In this document: piece after piece, positions 48,687 to 56,612 of the stretch
Numbering within the stretch: the first letter of the stretch is position 1
Layout: each line of letters opens with the position of its first letter
IMG/VR virus record: IMGVR_UViG_3300031419_000010
Coordinates: 46,871 to 110,870 of that record
Reading direction: 5' to 3' (one strand)
DNA: 64,000 bases
Origin: a virus
The notes under the pieces: generated by a model
Databases searched by the model: none
The model's input: the letters and a program-made list of their open reading frames with translations, nothing else
Told to the model about the DNA's origin: nothing
Made by a program: the position numbers and the translations under genes

Positions 48687-50348
48687 ATGTTTAGGTATGT
48701 TATGGATACTTTTATCATTAAGAATCCTGCGTATCAAGAGCATTTCACAGTCGAATGGGTTCGAAAGAATGTTATCTTTGCGTGTCCGTACGATGGCCCG
48801 GAAGATCGCGAGTGGGAATTTAGAGAACAAGTTTCCACCTTCTTCTGGCACATTGTGCATTGCACACTTTATAACAGCAAGTTTAAAAACGTTAAGCGTC
48901 TTCCGTCTATTCCTTTCGCTTGGGTCTTTGGTATTCAAAAACTGCCTATGGTTTTTGGATCGGCAGGTAGCCACGGATCAAGTTCAAGATACTCGGAAAA
49001 ATCGAGAACGAAGTTTTCACGCGCACTAGAATGGCTAAAAGAAAATGTTCTGGATGTGTCAGGCTATAAATATGGCGCAGCGGGATCGGCGTGTCGTGAG
49101 TTCAGGATCAAACGTGCGGTATTTGATGGCATGTATCCGTACTCTCCGAAAACGCCGGAAGAAATCTTTGGGAAAGTAAGATATTGCAGTCCAAACTTTT
49201 TGCGAAATACTCCAGTGGGAAAAACCTTAGCTGATATTCTTGAAAGGAAATCGGTTGAGGCGTTGGGTAAACCTTCGCATGATTTTGATTCTCTTGATCG
49301 CAATCGTGATCGCGAAGTCAGAAAACTTTACAAGGAAGTTTTAGATAAACAAGATCCTCTTTCGATTACACTGCTTCCTGTTGTGGAAGAGTTGAGTCGA
49401 TTGAGTAAGTTCACCAGCGCTCAAGCAAAGGCCCGTCATCGTTTGGTGTTTTCAAACACAATGGGAATCTTAGCAGGCAACTTTTCTTGCCATAGCGTTG
49501 AGGAAATGAAAATTTCTTATCTGCCAACTTATCGTGTTAGTCCGGTAGGCGGTCGTCTTTATGAATGTGGCGGCGGTTTTCAAAACTTCCCTCGCAGTCT
49601 AAAAGAGCGTTGCCATATTCGCGGGTACAACCACGACATGCGAAGCAGTCAGCTAAACATTTTGAAGATGGAATTTGATCGCAACAATATTCGTTGCAGT
49701 TCAATCCAAAACTACAAAAGCGTTGCAGACTTTGGTGAACCTTATGGCTTGTCGAAAGACGATACAAAGGTTTGCTTTTATGCGACGGTGTTTAGTATAG
49801 GTCAGGCACTGAATGCAAAATCTTGTTGGCACTCTGAACCTCTGCGCGTTATTGCGAAATCAAAACGCACTGAGTGTATTCACCGCGCCGCAAAACAGTT
49901 GGGTAAAAAGTATCGTGACTCTTCAATGATTCCGCCTGTGATAAAGCTGGCGAGAAAGTTGATGGTGAAGGAAACCAATCGCATTCGCGACATTTGGAAC
50001 AAAGAGAACGAAACTTTAACACTGGCGCTTGAAGAACTTTGCGAAATTTATATTTCCAAAGCTCGTAAGGCGAAGGAAAAAAGTGTGCTCACAAATGCAG
50101 TAGGCGTACGATTTGCCTGGCCGACAGAAGAGATAGATTACAAAATCCGAAAACAGATTTTGAGTCACATGATCACGGGAATCGAAACGAAACTTTTGTT
50201 CGATATGATTTTGTCGAATGATGTTCGTGTTTATTCTTTTGAGCACGACGGCGCACTGATTAGCAGAGCGAAGGTATCGTCAGAGGAAATCGAATTTGTT
50301 CGAAAACCTTTCGATGAAACTTCCTATCAGTATTTCAAAAATCTGTAA
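48687..50348 (+). CDS. minimal family-A polymerase-like protein (TV-Pol-like), no exonuclease domain
   Basis: GGRLY..GGFQNFP, NHDMRSSQL (motif A), TKVCFYAT (motif B), FEHDG (motif C). Confidence 0.7.
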   Translation: MFRYVMDTFIIKNPAYQEHFTVEWVRKNVIFACPYDGPEDREWEFREQVSTFFWHIVHCTLYNSKFKNVKRLPSIPFAWVFGIQKLPMVFGSAGSHGSSSRYSEKSRTKFSRALEWLKENVLDVSGYKYGAAGSACREFRIKRAVFDGMYPYSPKTPEEIFGKVRYCSPNFLRNTPVGKTLADILERKSVEALGKPSHDFDSLDRNRDREVRKLYKEVLDKQDPLSITLLPVVEELSRLSKFTSAQAKARHRLVFSNTMGILAGNFSCHSVEEMKISYLPTYRVSPVGGRLYECGGGFQNFPRSLKERCHIRGYNHDMRSSQLNILKMEFDRNNIRCSSIQNYKSVADFGEPYGLSKDDTKVCFYATVFSIGQALNAKSCWHSEPLRVIAKSKRTECIHRAAKQLGKKYRDSSMIPPVIKLARKLMVKETNRIRDIWNKENETLTLALEELCEIYISKARKAKEKSVLTNAVGVRFAWPTEEIDYKIRKQILSHMITGIETKLLFDMILSNDVRVYSFEHDGALISRAKVSSEEIEFVRKPFDETSYQYFKNL

Positions 50349-50385
50349 ATAGTTATCAGTAAACCGAAGTGTTGGAGATTCTATC

Positions 50386-51456
50386 GTGCCGAAGAAAAAC
50401 GCACGGACGGAAAAGTTGCCAGCGGGGTTGGGTGAGTTGTTTGAAGCGGATCGTCCGGAAGAATCCAAAGTGAAACTTCCGAAAAAGATCAACGGCATTC
50501 GACTCAAACCCAAACCGAAGCCTAAAGCAAAAAAGAAGTCCGGGAATGAAGTGCCAATTGAGATCTACGAACTTGCTGCGTTGTACGAATGCTATCACCA
50601 CAACACAGTAACCGATAGTTATCGCACTTGGCCCGATATGACAATTGCAGAAGCATACAAAATCGTTTCTCAGATGAATCCGTCTGAACTCGAAAGCGTA
50701 AAACAATATGCAGCGTTATATCGAAATGACAGCGGCCTTAAATTTGAAGAGTTGCGTGAATTCCGAAACGCACTCATCGAGAAAGAAATTTCGATTGGGA
50801 TTAGCATTCCCCTGTTTATCGAACATTTCAAGATTGAACCGAACGATCCTATCATTGCCTCGTTGCTTTATACGTGGGCGTCTTATGTTAGGACGATGGT
50901 TGAACGACGCAAAAAATTAATCCCCACAAAAACTCGTCATGCTGCTACTGTGCAGGAAGGCGATTTTTGCGTTGAGATAGAGTGTAACGCGGAACAGGCC
51001 AAAGTGCTTGATCGCTATTGCTCAGTGTGGCACGGAACTTTGCTGGCGTGTCGCGACTATCTCAAATCTCTTGGCAATCGTGCGCCAAAGCGTATTGACA
51101 AAATCAGTAGCAAGCTGGCTACTCAGATTCGCAAGGAACATAACTTTGAAGATGTTCCGCGCAGTCTTGTTGTTTGTGCGTTGAATGGGTACACGCAAAA
51201 ACTAAAGTTCGATAACAACAAAGATTTTAAACGCGATCTGGATCGTTTCTACGTGAAGGACAACTTTAAACTTTTTGAAAATTCATTGACTGTCGGTAAA
51301 GCCAAAGAGATTGCTATCACAAAAATTGTTGGTGGTGAGCGTCTTGATCTAACTGTTCGTGGAATTTCTTTTGCCCGTACTTCTCCGTTGGTTTACACCG
51401 TGACGATTCAGTACGATAAAATGGAATTGCTTGAGCAACAGTACGGTACGGATTAA
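50386..51456 (+). CDS. protein with C-terminal TnpB-like REC/WED region lacking RuvC
   Basis: IECNAEQAKVL..., TQIRKEH..EDVPRSLV..AL, FKL..NSLTVGK..I, VRGISFAR...YTVTI. Confidence 0.55.
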   Translation: MPKKNARTEKLPAGLGELFEADRPEESKVKLPKKINGIRLKPKPKPKAKKKSGNEVPIEIYELAALYECYHHNTVTDSYRTWPDMTIAEAYKIVSQMNPSELESVKQYAALYRNDSGLKFEELREFRNALIEKEISIGISIPLFIEHFKIEPNDPIIASLLYTWASYVRTMVERRKKLIPTKTRHAATVQEGDFCVEIECNAEQAKVLDRYCSVWHGTLLACRDYLKSLGNRAPKRIDKISSKLATQIRKEHNFEDVPRSLVVCALNGYTQKLKFDNNKDFKRDLDRFYVKDNFKLFENSLTVGKAKEIAITKIVGGERLDLTVRGISFARTSPLVYTVTIQYDKMELLEQQYGTD

Positions 51457-51476
51457 GCCTCTTCGGAGGCTTTTTC
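51456..51476 (+). terminator. intrinsic terminator
   Basis: AGCCTC-TTCG-GAGGCT followed by a T tract. Confidence 0.85.
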
Positions 51477-51502
51477 TTCAATCACTTTCGGGAACAATAA
51501 TT

Positions 51503-51964
51503 ATGTTGAGTAATGAGCGTCTTGCTGTAGAAATTCAAAACAGACTCGACATTGTTAATCAATCAATGTGGAACATTTTCGATGCGTTCGAAAAAAGTAT
51601 CTCCGTTCCTAACACTCCTTTCTTCGTTAGCGCTGAGTGGCTGTATGATCACCGCACTCTGTCTTTACGCATGGGAAAAGGAACGGGTCACAGTACGTTT
51701 GCAAAGCAACTGGCAGAGAAACACAACGCCTTTCTTTTAACTATGGATCATGAAGCGCAAGAAGGAGAATTTAATTTCTCACACAATCGCCTTCGTGAAT
51801 TGTACCACAAATTCGGAACTCCAAACATTCCTACTCTGTTTGTTATCGACGACGCTTATCAGTTTGGCGGTCGTTTTGAATCTCTCCGCTTACGTCTGGA
51901 AAGGTTCCGCGATACACTCGGTGAGGATTATCTTCGCAGCGTTCGTTTTGTGCTTTTGAATTAA
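51503..51964 (+). CDS. degenerate P-loop-like protein
   Basis: MGKGTGHST and FVIDD. Confidence 0.6.
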   Translation: MLSNERLAVEIQNRLDIVNQSMWNIFDAFEKSISVPNTPFFVSAEWLYDHRTLSLRMGKGTGHSTFAKQLAEKHNAFLLTMDHEAQEGEFNFSHNRLRELYHKFGTPNIPTLFVIDDAYQFGGRFESLRLRLERFRDTLGEDYLRSVRFVLLN

Positions 51965-51974
51965 GGAAACATGT

Positions 51975-52463
51975 ATGTCTGATTTTAACGAAAGCAATCT
52001 GAACAAGATTCAGAAAACTTTACTGCAACTGGTAAACGATGGGATCGATTATTCGAAAAACGTTTGCAGTATTGTGGCACCTGCTGGATTTGCTGATCCA
52101 AAAGGCATCCGTGATTATTGCCGCATCGCAGTGACTATGCCGCAACGCGCTGGCTCAAGTATGTTCGCTCAGTTTCTTGCTGAATACCTCAGTCAGAAAT
52201 ATCCAGACGCGAACATTATTCGTTTAGCCGGAGAAGAACTTTGCTATGGCGAATCAATCGATCCACGTATTGATTTTATCACCGTGAAAACTCCAGCCGA
52301 TTACGGTCGCGCTCGTCGCCAGATCCGTGACAGCGAAAAGAAATACAATTTCGTGATCGTCGATTCGTACGAATGGGTTTGCGGATTGGATAACCGTCTG
52401 GAAAAACTGTCAGTAGACATGTACCGCACAGGTAACGCTGATCAGTACATCATCGGCCTGTAA
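51975..52463 (+). CDS. degenerate P-loop-like protein
   Basis: MPQRAGSS and FVIVD. Confidence 0.6.
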   Translation: MSDFNESNLNKIQKTLLQLVNDGIDYSKNVCSIVAPAGFADPKGIRDYCRIAVTMPQRAGSSMFAQFLAEYLSQKYPDANIIRLAGEELCYGESIDPRIDFITVKTPADYGRARRQIRDSEKKYNFVIVDSYEWVCGLDNRLEKLSVDMYRTGNADQYIIGL

Positions 52464-52471
52464 GGAAATCT

Positions 52472-53449
52472 ATGAAACATCGTGAAGGTGAATATCTGAT
52501 TGTGCGTAGCGGGAACAAAAATGTTCTCGTACTTGCAACCGGAAAACAAGTTGGCTATCTGGTCAACACACTGGCGTCAAGCGATCCTACCACGATCAAG
52601 TTTAGCGCTAAGTACGACATACTCGCGATTCTCGGCAAAGATCCGGAACCGGGCCAAAAAGTTTTCGGAGTTTCGATTACTCCGCATGTAGGTTTGAAAC
52701 AAGTTGTCGGAATGCCTGCGATGAATCTTTACGGACGTGAAGAACAAGTCGGCAAAGCAATCCGTATTGCCTGCAAAAAGTTTCCTGCTGTTATCGAAAA
52801 GTATGGCGTAGGCGAAGCGATGCGCCGCTGCAAAGAAATCAATTTCAATCAGGTTTCTGGCGGTAGTAAAACGCACGACTTCAAAACTAAGTTCGCGAAA
52901 GAAGAATGGCACGATGCCTTTAATATCTGCGTGAACAAAGATAGCCTGTCGCAAGATGTAACCAACAATATGCTGCTGGCACTTGGGGAAAGTGTGTATC
53001 AACATTTGATTCCTACTAAGCGTAAGATCAAATGGATTCTTCTGCTGAACAAACTGCGCAACGTTCAAAAGTTGGATCAAGATACGTTGGTCGGTTTTCT
53101 GGATGACTTCCTGAAAGCTGGTGATGCTAAAGACGTGAAAAATTTGGTGTCGGAAGATCTGCTTCCATTCACCGATATTATTTTGCGTAGCGTTGCACGT
53201 CAGCGTGTGATGAGCGTTAAGGAACTGGAGTTGCTCGCACAGAACGACAGTGAAGCGATCACAAAATTCTGGCCTGCTGAACTTGAAGTGAGTGATGCGC
53301 GTCCTGACATTGATAAGTCAGCAATGAAAAGTGCCCGTGCATTATTCTCCTATAGTTTCAGCCGATTTGTTCAGGGCGTTGATTTGGGTAAAACTCTGAA
53401 CAAAGCCGTACGCCTCTCTGTTAAGGAGATTCGCGGGGATGCTGATTGA
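52472..53449 (+). CDS. hypothetical protein
   Basis: TAAGGA SD; 325 aa. Confidence 0.75.
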   Translation: MKHREGEYLIVRSGNKNVLVLATGKQVGYLVNTLASSDPTTIKFSAKYDILAILGKDPEPGQKVFGVSITPHVGLKQVVGMPAMNLYGREEQVGKAIRIACKKFPAVIEKYGVGEAMRRCKEINFNQVSGGSKTHDFKTKFAKEEWHDAFNICVNKDSLSQDVTNNMLLALGESVYQHLIPTKRKIKWILLLNKLRNVQKLDQDTLVGFLDDFLKAGDAKDVKNLVSEDLLPFTDIILRSVARQRVMSVKELELLAQNDSEAITKFWPAELEVSDARPDIDKSAMKSARALFSYSFSRFVQGVDLGKTLNKAVRLSVKEIRGDAD

Positions 53450-53774
53450 TCAACTGAACCAAAAAGGAGAAGACGTATTTTCTCCTTTTCCTTTTGACGT
53501 AAATCTGCCGTTTGCTCGTTGCATGATCGCTGGGATAATTTATATCGGAACTGTGTGCAATATTGACGACGATGTTTTTCTGTTGAATGCACATAGCTAC
53601 GATTCTGTTCTTAATCGTTACACCGAAATTGGCGAAGCGATTTTGCTCGATCCCTCTGATCAGATTTTGAAAGTGATAAATACGGATCAAGTGACTTTGC
53701 TTTATCCGAACCAAACTTTCACAGCCGCAATGATAAACGGCTTACCTGTTTTCTTTTCTACAAGGATACATTAA
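53439..53774 (+). CDS. hypothetical protein
   Basis: Overlapping operon ORF. Confidence 0.6.
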   Translation: MLIDQLNQKGEDVFSPFPFDVNLPFARCMIAGIIYIGTVCNIDDDVFLLNAHSYDSVLNRYTEIGEAILLDPSDQILKVINTDQVTLLYPNQTFTAAMINGLPVFFSTRIH

Positions 53775-54341
53775 GTGTTAGTTATTTTCGATGCAGACGA
53801 TACAGGACTGATTACACATCCTGTCATTCTCAACATTTTGAAACAACGTCACGGTCAAGATCTTCCTGTTGACCAGTATCTGACAAAGGACAATGCAGGC
53901 GAAGGTTTTATTGGCCTGATGGAAGATGGCGAGTTTCTCCCGCTGTGTAATATTCGCGAAGGTTTCATTGAGTGCGTTGATGCAGTGATTGCTGCCGGGC
54001 ATGAAGTTGGAATCGGAACACATCGCGGCTATCATCGAATGGGTATGATTCATACTCGCTCTATCTTTGGTGCGCACTGGAAAAAATTCACACGTAACTT
54101 TTTCATTGATCCCTACGTGCATCCGTGCAAGATGAGTTTCATTGAAGAAAGCATTGATGAAGATTTTATCATTGTCGATGATCGGCCCAACTTTAACTCT
54201 GAGTACGATCAGGATGATCCTCGCATTATTCTTTTTGATCAGCCGTGGAACAAAAATCTGCCGTTTGTGCGCGTGGATAAGTTCGATGAAAACTTTCTTA
54301 AAATTCTTTTTGAAAGAATCGAATTTATCTCTAATTTATAA
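53775..54341 (+). CDS. HAD-family 5'(3')-deoxyribonucleotidase-like protein
   Basis: IFDADDT, GTHR, IVDDRP, FDQPWN. Confidence 0.8.
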   Translation: MLVIFDADDTGLITHPVILNILKQRHGQDLPVDQYLTKDNAGEGFIGLMEDGEFLPLCNIREGFIECVDAVIAAGHEVGIGTHRGYHRMGMIHTRSIFGAHWKKFTRNFFIDPYVHPCKMSFIEESIDEDFIIVDDRPNFNSEYDQDDPRIILFDQPWNKNLPFVRVDKFDENFLKILFERIEFISNL

Positions 54342-54342
54342 A

Positions 54343-54623
54343 CTCAAGCCGCAAGGACTTTTGAGAAGAGTTCGTTGTGGCAGAACGAGCCTGCGTTGGT
54401 TTCAAGCATGTAACCAAATGACAGTAAGACTCGTTCGGTGTGTATCCCACTATCGCACCTTAAATCGTGGGGGAGTTTTTCCAATAGGGATACCCGACAG
54501 CCTTGCGGGGAAACTCCAAAGCGATTTGAAAAGATTGTTTTGGAGTTTCAAATATCCTGATAACTATAAACTGCAACAACATTACCCTGATGGGAACAGA
54601 CTTCGCAATCTGTTCCCTTTTTT
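54343..54623 (+). ncRNA. candidate structured ncRNA
   Basis: Nested helices with G-U pairs and a GAAA tetraloop; ends in a terminator. Confidence 0.6.
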
Positions 54624-54624
54624 T
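54592..54624 (+). terminator. intrinsic terminator
   Basis: GGGAACAGA-CTTCGCAA-TCTGTTCCC followed by T7. Confidence 0.85.
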
Positions 54625-54680
54625 GTCCAAAATCTGTAAATAGTCGGTATACGCTTTCTATCTCTACTGGAAAATATATC

Positions 54681-55931
54681 ATGGCTAAAGTTTCAAAACG
54701 CACCATTGGCGACGACGATACCAAAAAGAAAAAGAAAAAGAAGGTTGAAGGAAAGAGCCTGAAAAAGAAAGGTTCGTCTCGCGTGTTTGAACTGGAGACA
54801 AGCAACTTCGCAAACAAGTATCGTCCGAAAAGCATTGAAGACTTTATCGGGCAAGAGCACATTCTCAAACAATACTCAGGTTGGTTGAAGACTAAAAACT
54901 TCCCCAGCGTTATTCTGATCAGCGGTCATTTGGGATCAGGCAAAACAACGTTTGCGGGAATCATCGGTAAGACGGTGAACTGCGAAACGTTAAACGCGTG
55001 TGGTGAGTGTGGTTCGTGTAAAGCGTTTGATGGTGGAATGCACCCGGACATTCTGACTTACGATATGGGTAACGACAGCGGTAAAGTTGACGGCGCTCAA
55101 AAGATTATTGAAAGCAGTACGCTGTCACCGCTTTATAATCGTCGCGTTTATATTCTGGATGAAGCGCACCTGATGACAACTCAAGCGGAATCTAAATTCC
55201 TTATCCCGCTTGAGAATCCGGCACCGCACACTATCTGGATTCTGGTATCAACCGATCCGCAGAAAATCAAAAGCACGATTCTTTCACGCTGCGTTAAGCT
55301 GCCAATCAATCCGATTGATCCGGAAGTGATTGCAGGCCGCATTCGTTCTATCGCGAAAGCAGAAAAGATTCTGCCGAAAGATAAAAAGGAACTGAAAGCC
55401 GCAGACGAAGCGATCAACACAATCGCAGAATACAGTGGCGGTCAGTTGCGTGGTGCAATCGGTTTATTCCAAACTGTTTACAGCGCGGTCAAAGGCGGCG
55501 AAACGTTTAACAATGATCTTGTGCTGGATATGGCGGCATCCGATCCGGACGTTAACTTAGGCGACATGGCTGTAGGCTTCACGCAAAGTTATTTGCAGAT
55601 GGACTTGATTGAAACCGTACGTTTCATTCGTCAGGCGCAAGACATTCGCGGCCTGCTGCATAAAACTCGTTGGCTGCTGCATTACCTGATGGGTAACATC
55701 GCAAAAACAAATAAGTTCCAAACTGCTGAACTTCGCAAGTTCTTAGACGAATCCAAAAAGTCTAAACTTAAAGTGAATCCGGTATCGGTGATTTATTTGC
55801 AGAAGGCGTTGTGTGATATTGAACTGGCTATCAACTCAAGCAGCATTCCAGTTGATGTTATGTTTGAAAGCACTGTCACTGCGCTGATGGCAGATATTTT
55901 TTCTGGTAAACTTTCGGTAGATTTGAAATAA
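54681..55931 (+). CDS. dnaX: DNA polymerase III gamma/tau-like clamp loader subunit
   Basis: KYRP, GQEH, GHLGSGKTT, C..ACGECGSC, LDEAH, TILSRC. Confidence 0.9.
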   Translation: MAKVSKRTIGDDDTKKKKKKKVEGKSLKKKGSSRVFELETSNFANKYRPKSIEDFIGQEHILKQYSGWLKTKNFPSVILISGHLGSGKTTFAGIIGKTVNCETLNACGECGSCKAFDGGMHPDILTYDMGNDSGKVDGAQKIIESSTLSPLYNRRVYILDEAHLMTTQAESKFLIPLENPAPHTIWILVSTDPQKIKSTILSRCVKLPINPIDPEVIAGRIRSIAKAEKILPKDKKELKAADEAINTIAEYSGGQLRGAIGLFQTVYSAVKGGETFNNDLVLDMAASDPDVNLGDMAVGFTQSYLQMDLIETVRFIRQAQDIRGLLHKTRWLLHYLMGNIAKTNKFQTAELRKFLDESKKSKLKVNPVSVIYLQKALCDIELAINSSSIPVDVMFESTVTALMADIFSGKLSVDLK

Positions 55932-56015
55932 TTCTAATGGGTGGCCTTGTGCTGCCCATTTTGCGTTTTGACGCTAATTTCTTACTACAAGTTTTCATTA
56001 CTGGAATCCCTGCAA

Positions 56016-56495
56016 ATGCAAATCGTATTTTCCCTTTCAAAGATTTCGGAGGATCTGTACTGGACGCGCTATAGCGGCAGTCTGAACCCTCTTGAAATGA
56101 GCAAGATGTGTCGCAAACTTTTTGGCGATGATGTTAACCTTAAAGCCTCGCCTATCGGCACAATCAAAACTCGTACAAGCGAAATGACGTTTGTTCCGTC
56201 TGGCGAAGAAGGCGTAATTGCTCTTTATCGCGACGAGGTTGTTAAGTCAGCCAAAGATTTCCAAAACATCATGAAACCAATGCCTGTTAAAACTCCTTTC
56301 GGTGCTGGTGATTTTTATCTGGCTATCGAAGGCAAAGGCCGCAGCATTGCGTACCTTGTCTGGCACAAGGAAAAAGATCAGTTGGTTTATTTCCCTGATG
56401 TTGATGCGCTGCAAGATTTTTACGAAGCTCTCGGTGTTTCACCGGGCGTCGAAAGAATGAAGTCGTACCCAAGCCGTAGGGTTTACGGTGGATAA
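56016..56495 (+). CDS. hypothetical protein with MQIVFSLS leader
   Basis: Start follows a terminator and CTAATTT. Confidence 0.7.
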   Translation: MQIVFSLSKISEDLYWTRYSGSLNPLEMSKMCRKLFGDDVNLKASPIGTIKTRTSEMTFVPSGEEGVIALYRDEVVKSAKDFQNIMKPMPVKTPFGAGDFYLAIEGKGRSIAYLVWHKEKDQLVYFPDVDALQDFYEALGVSPGVERMKSYPSRRVYGG

Positions 56496-56575
56496 GGAGG
56501 TGATCCTATCTCTTCTTTACCGCCAAGAAGTAAAACTTAGGCGGTAGGTACGCTGTACCGAAAAATCTATTTTAA

Positions 56576-56598
56576 AGGCGGGAGCAATCCCGCTTTTC
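56576..56598 (+). terminator. intrinsic terminator
   Basis: GCGGGA-GCAA-TCCCGC followed by TTTT. Confidence 0.75.
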
Positions 56599-56612
56599 TT
56601 TTGAGGTTCCTT

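Noticed and set aside
50386-51456. Active IS200/IS605 element
   Set aside because: No RuvC, tnpA or element ends; embedded in phage expression signals.
54343-54623. tmRNA or tRNA
   Set aside because: No acceptor stem, T-loop or CCA end recognisable.
54142-54639. 165-aa ORF across the structured region
   Set aside because: Overlaps the nucleotidase by 200 bp, runs through a terminator and has no SD.
54681-55931. dnaX programmed frameshift
   Set aside because: The ORF is already gamma-length and followed by a terminator; the A-runs lie in the N-terminal Lys tract.
56493-56506. rRNA gene fragment
   Set aside because: The match is limited to 14 nt and the flanks are not 16S sequence.
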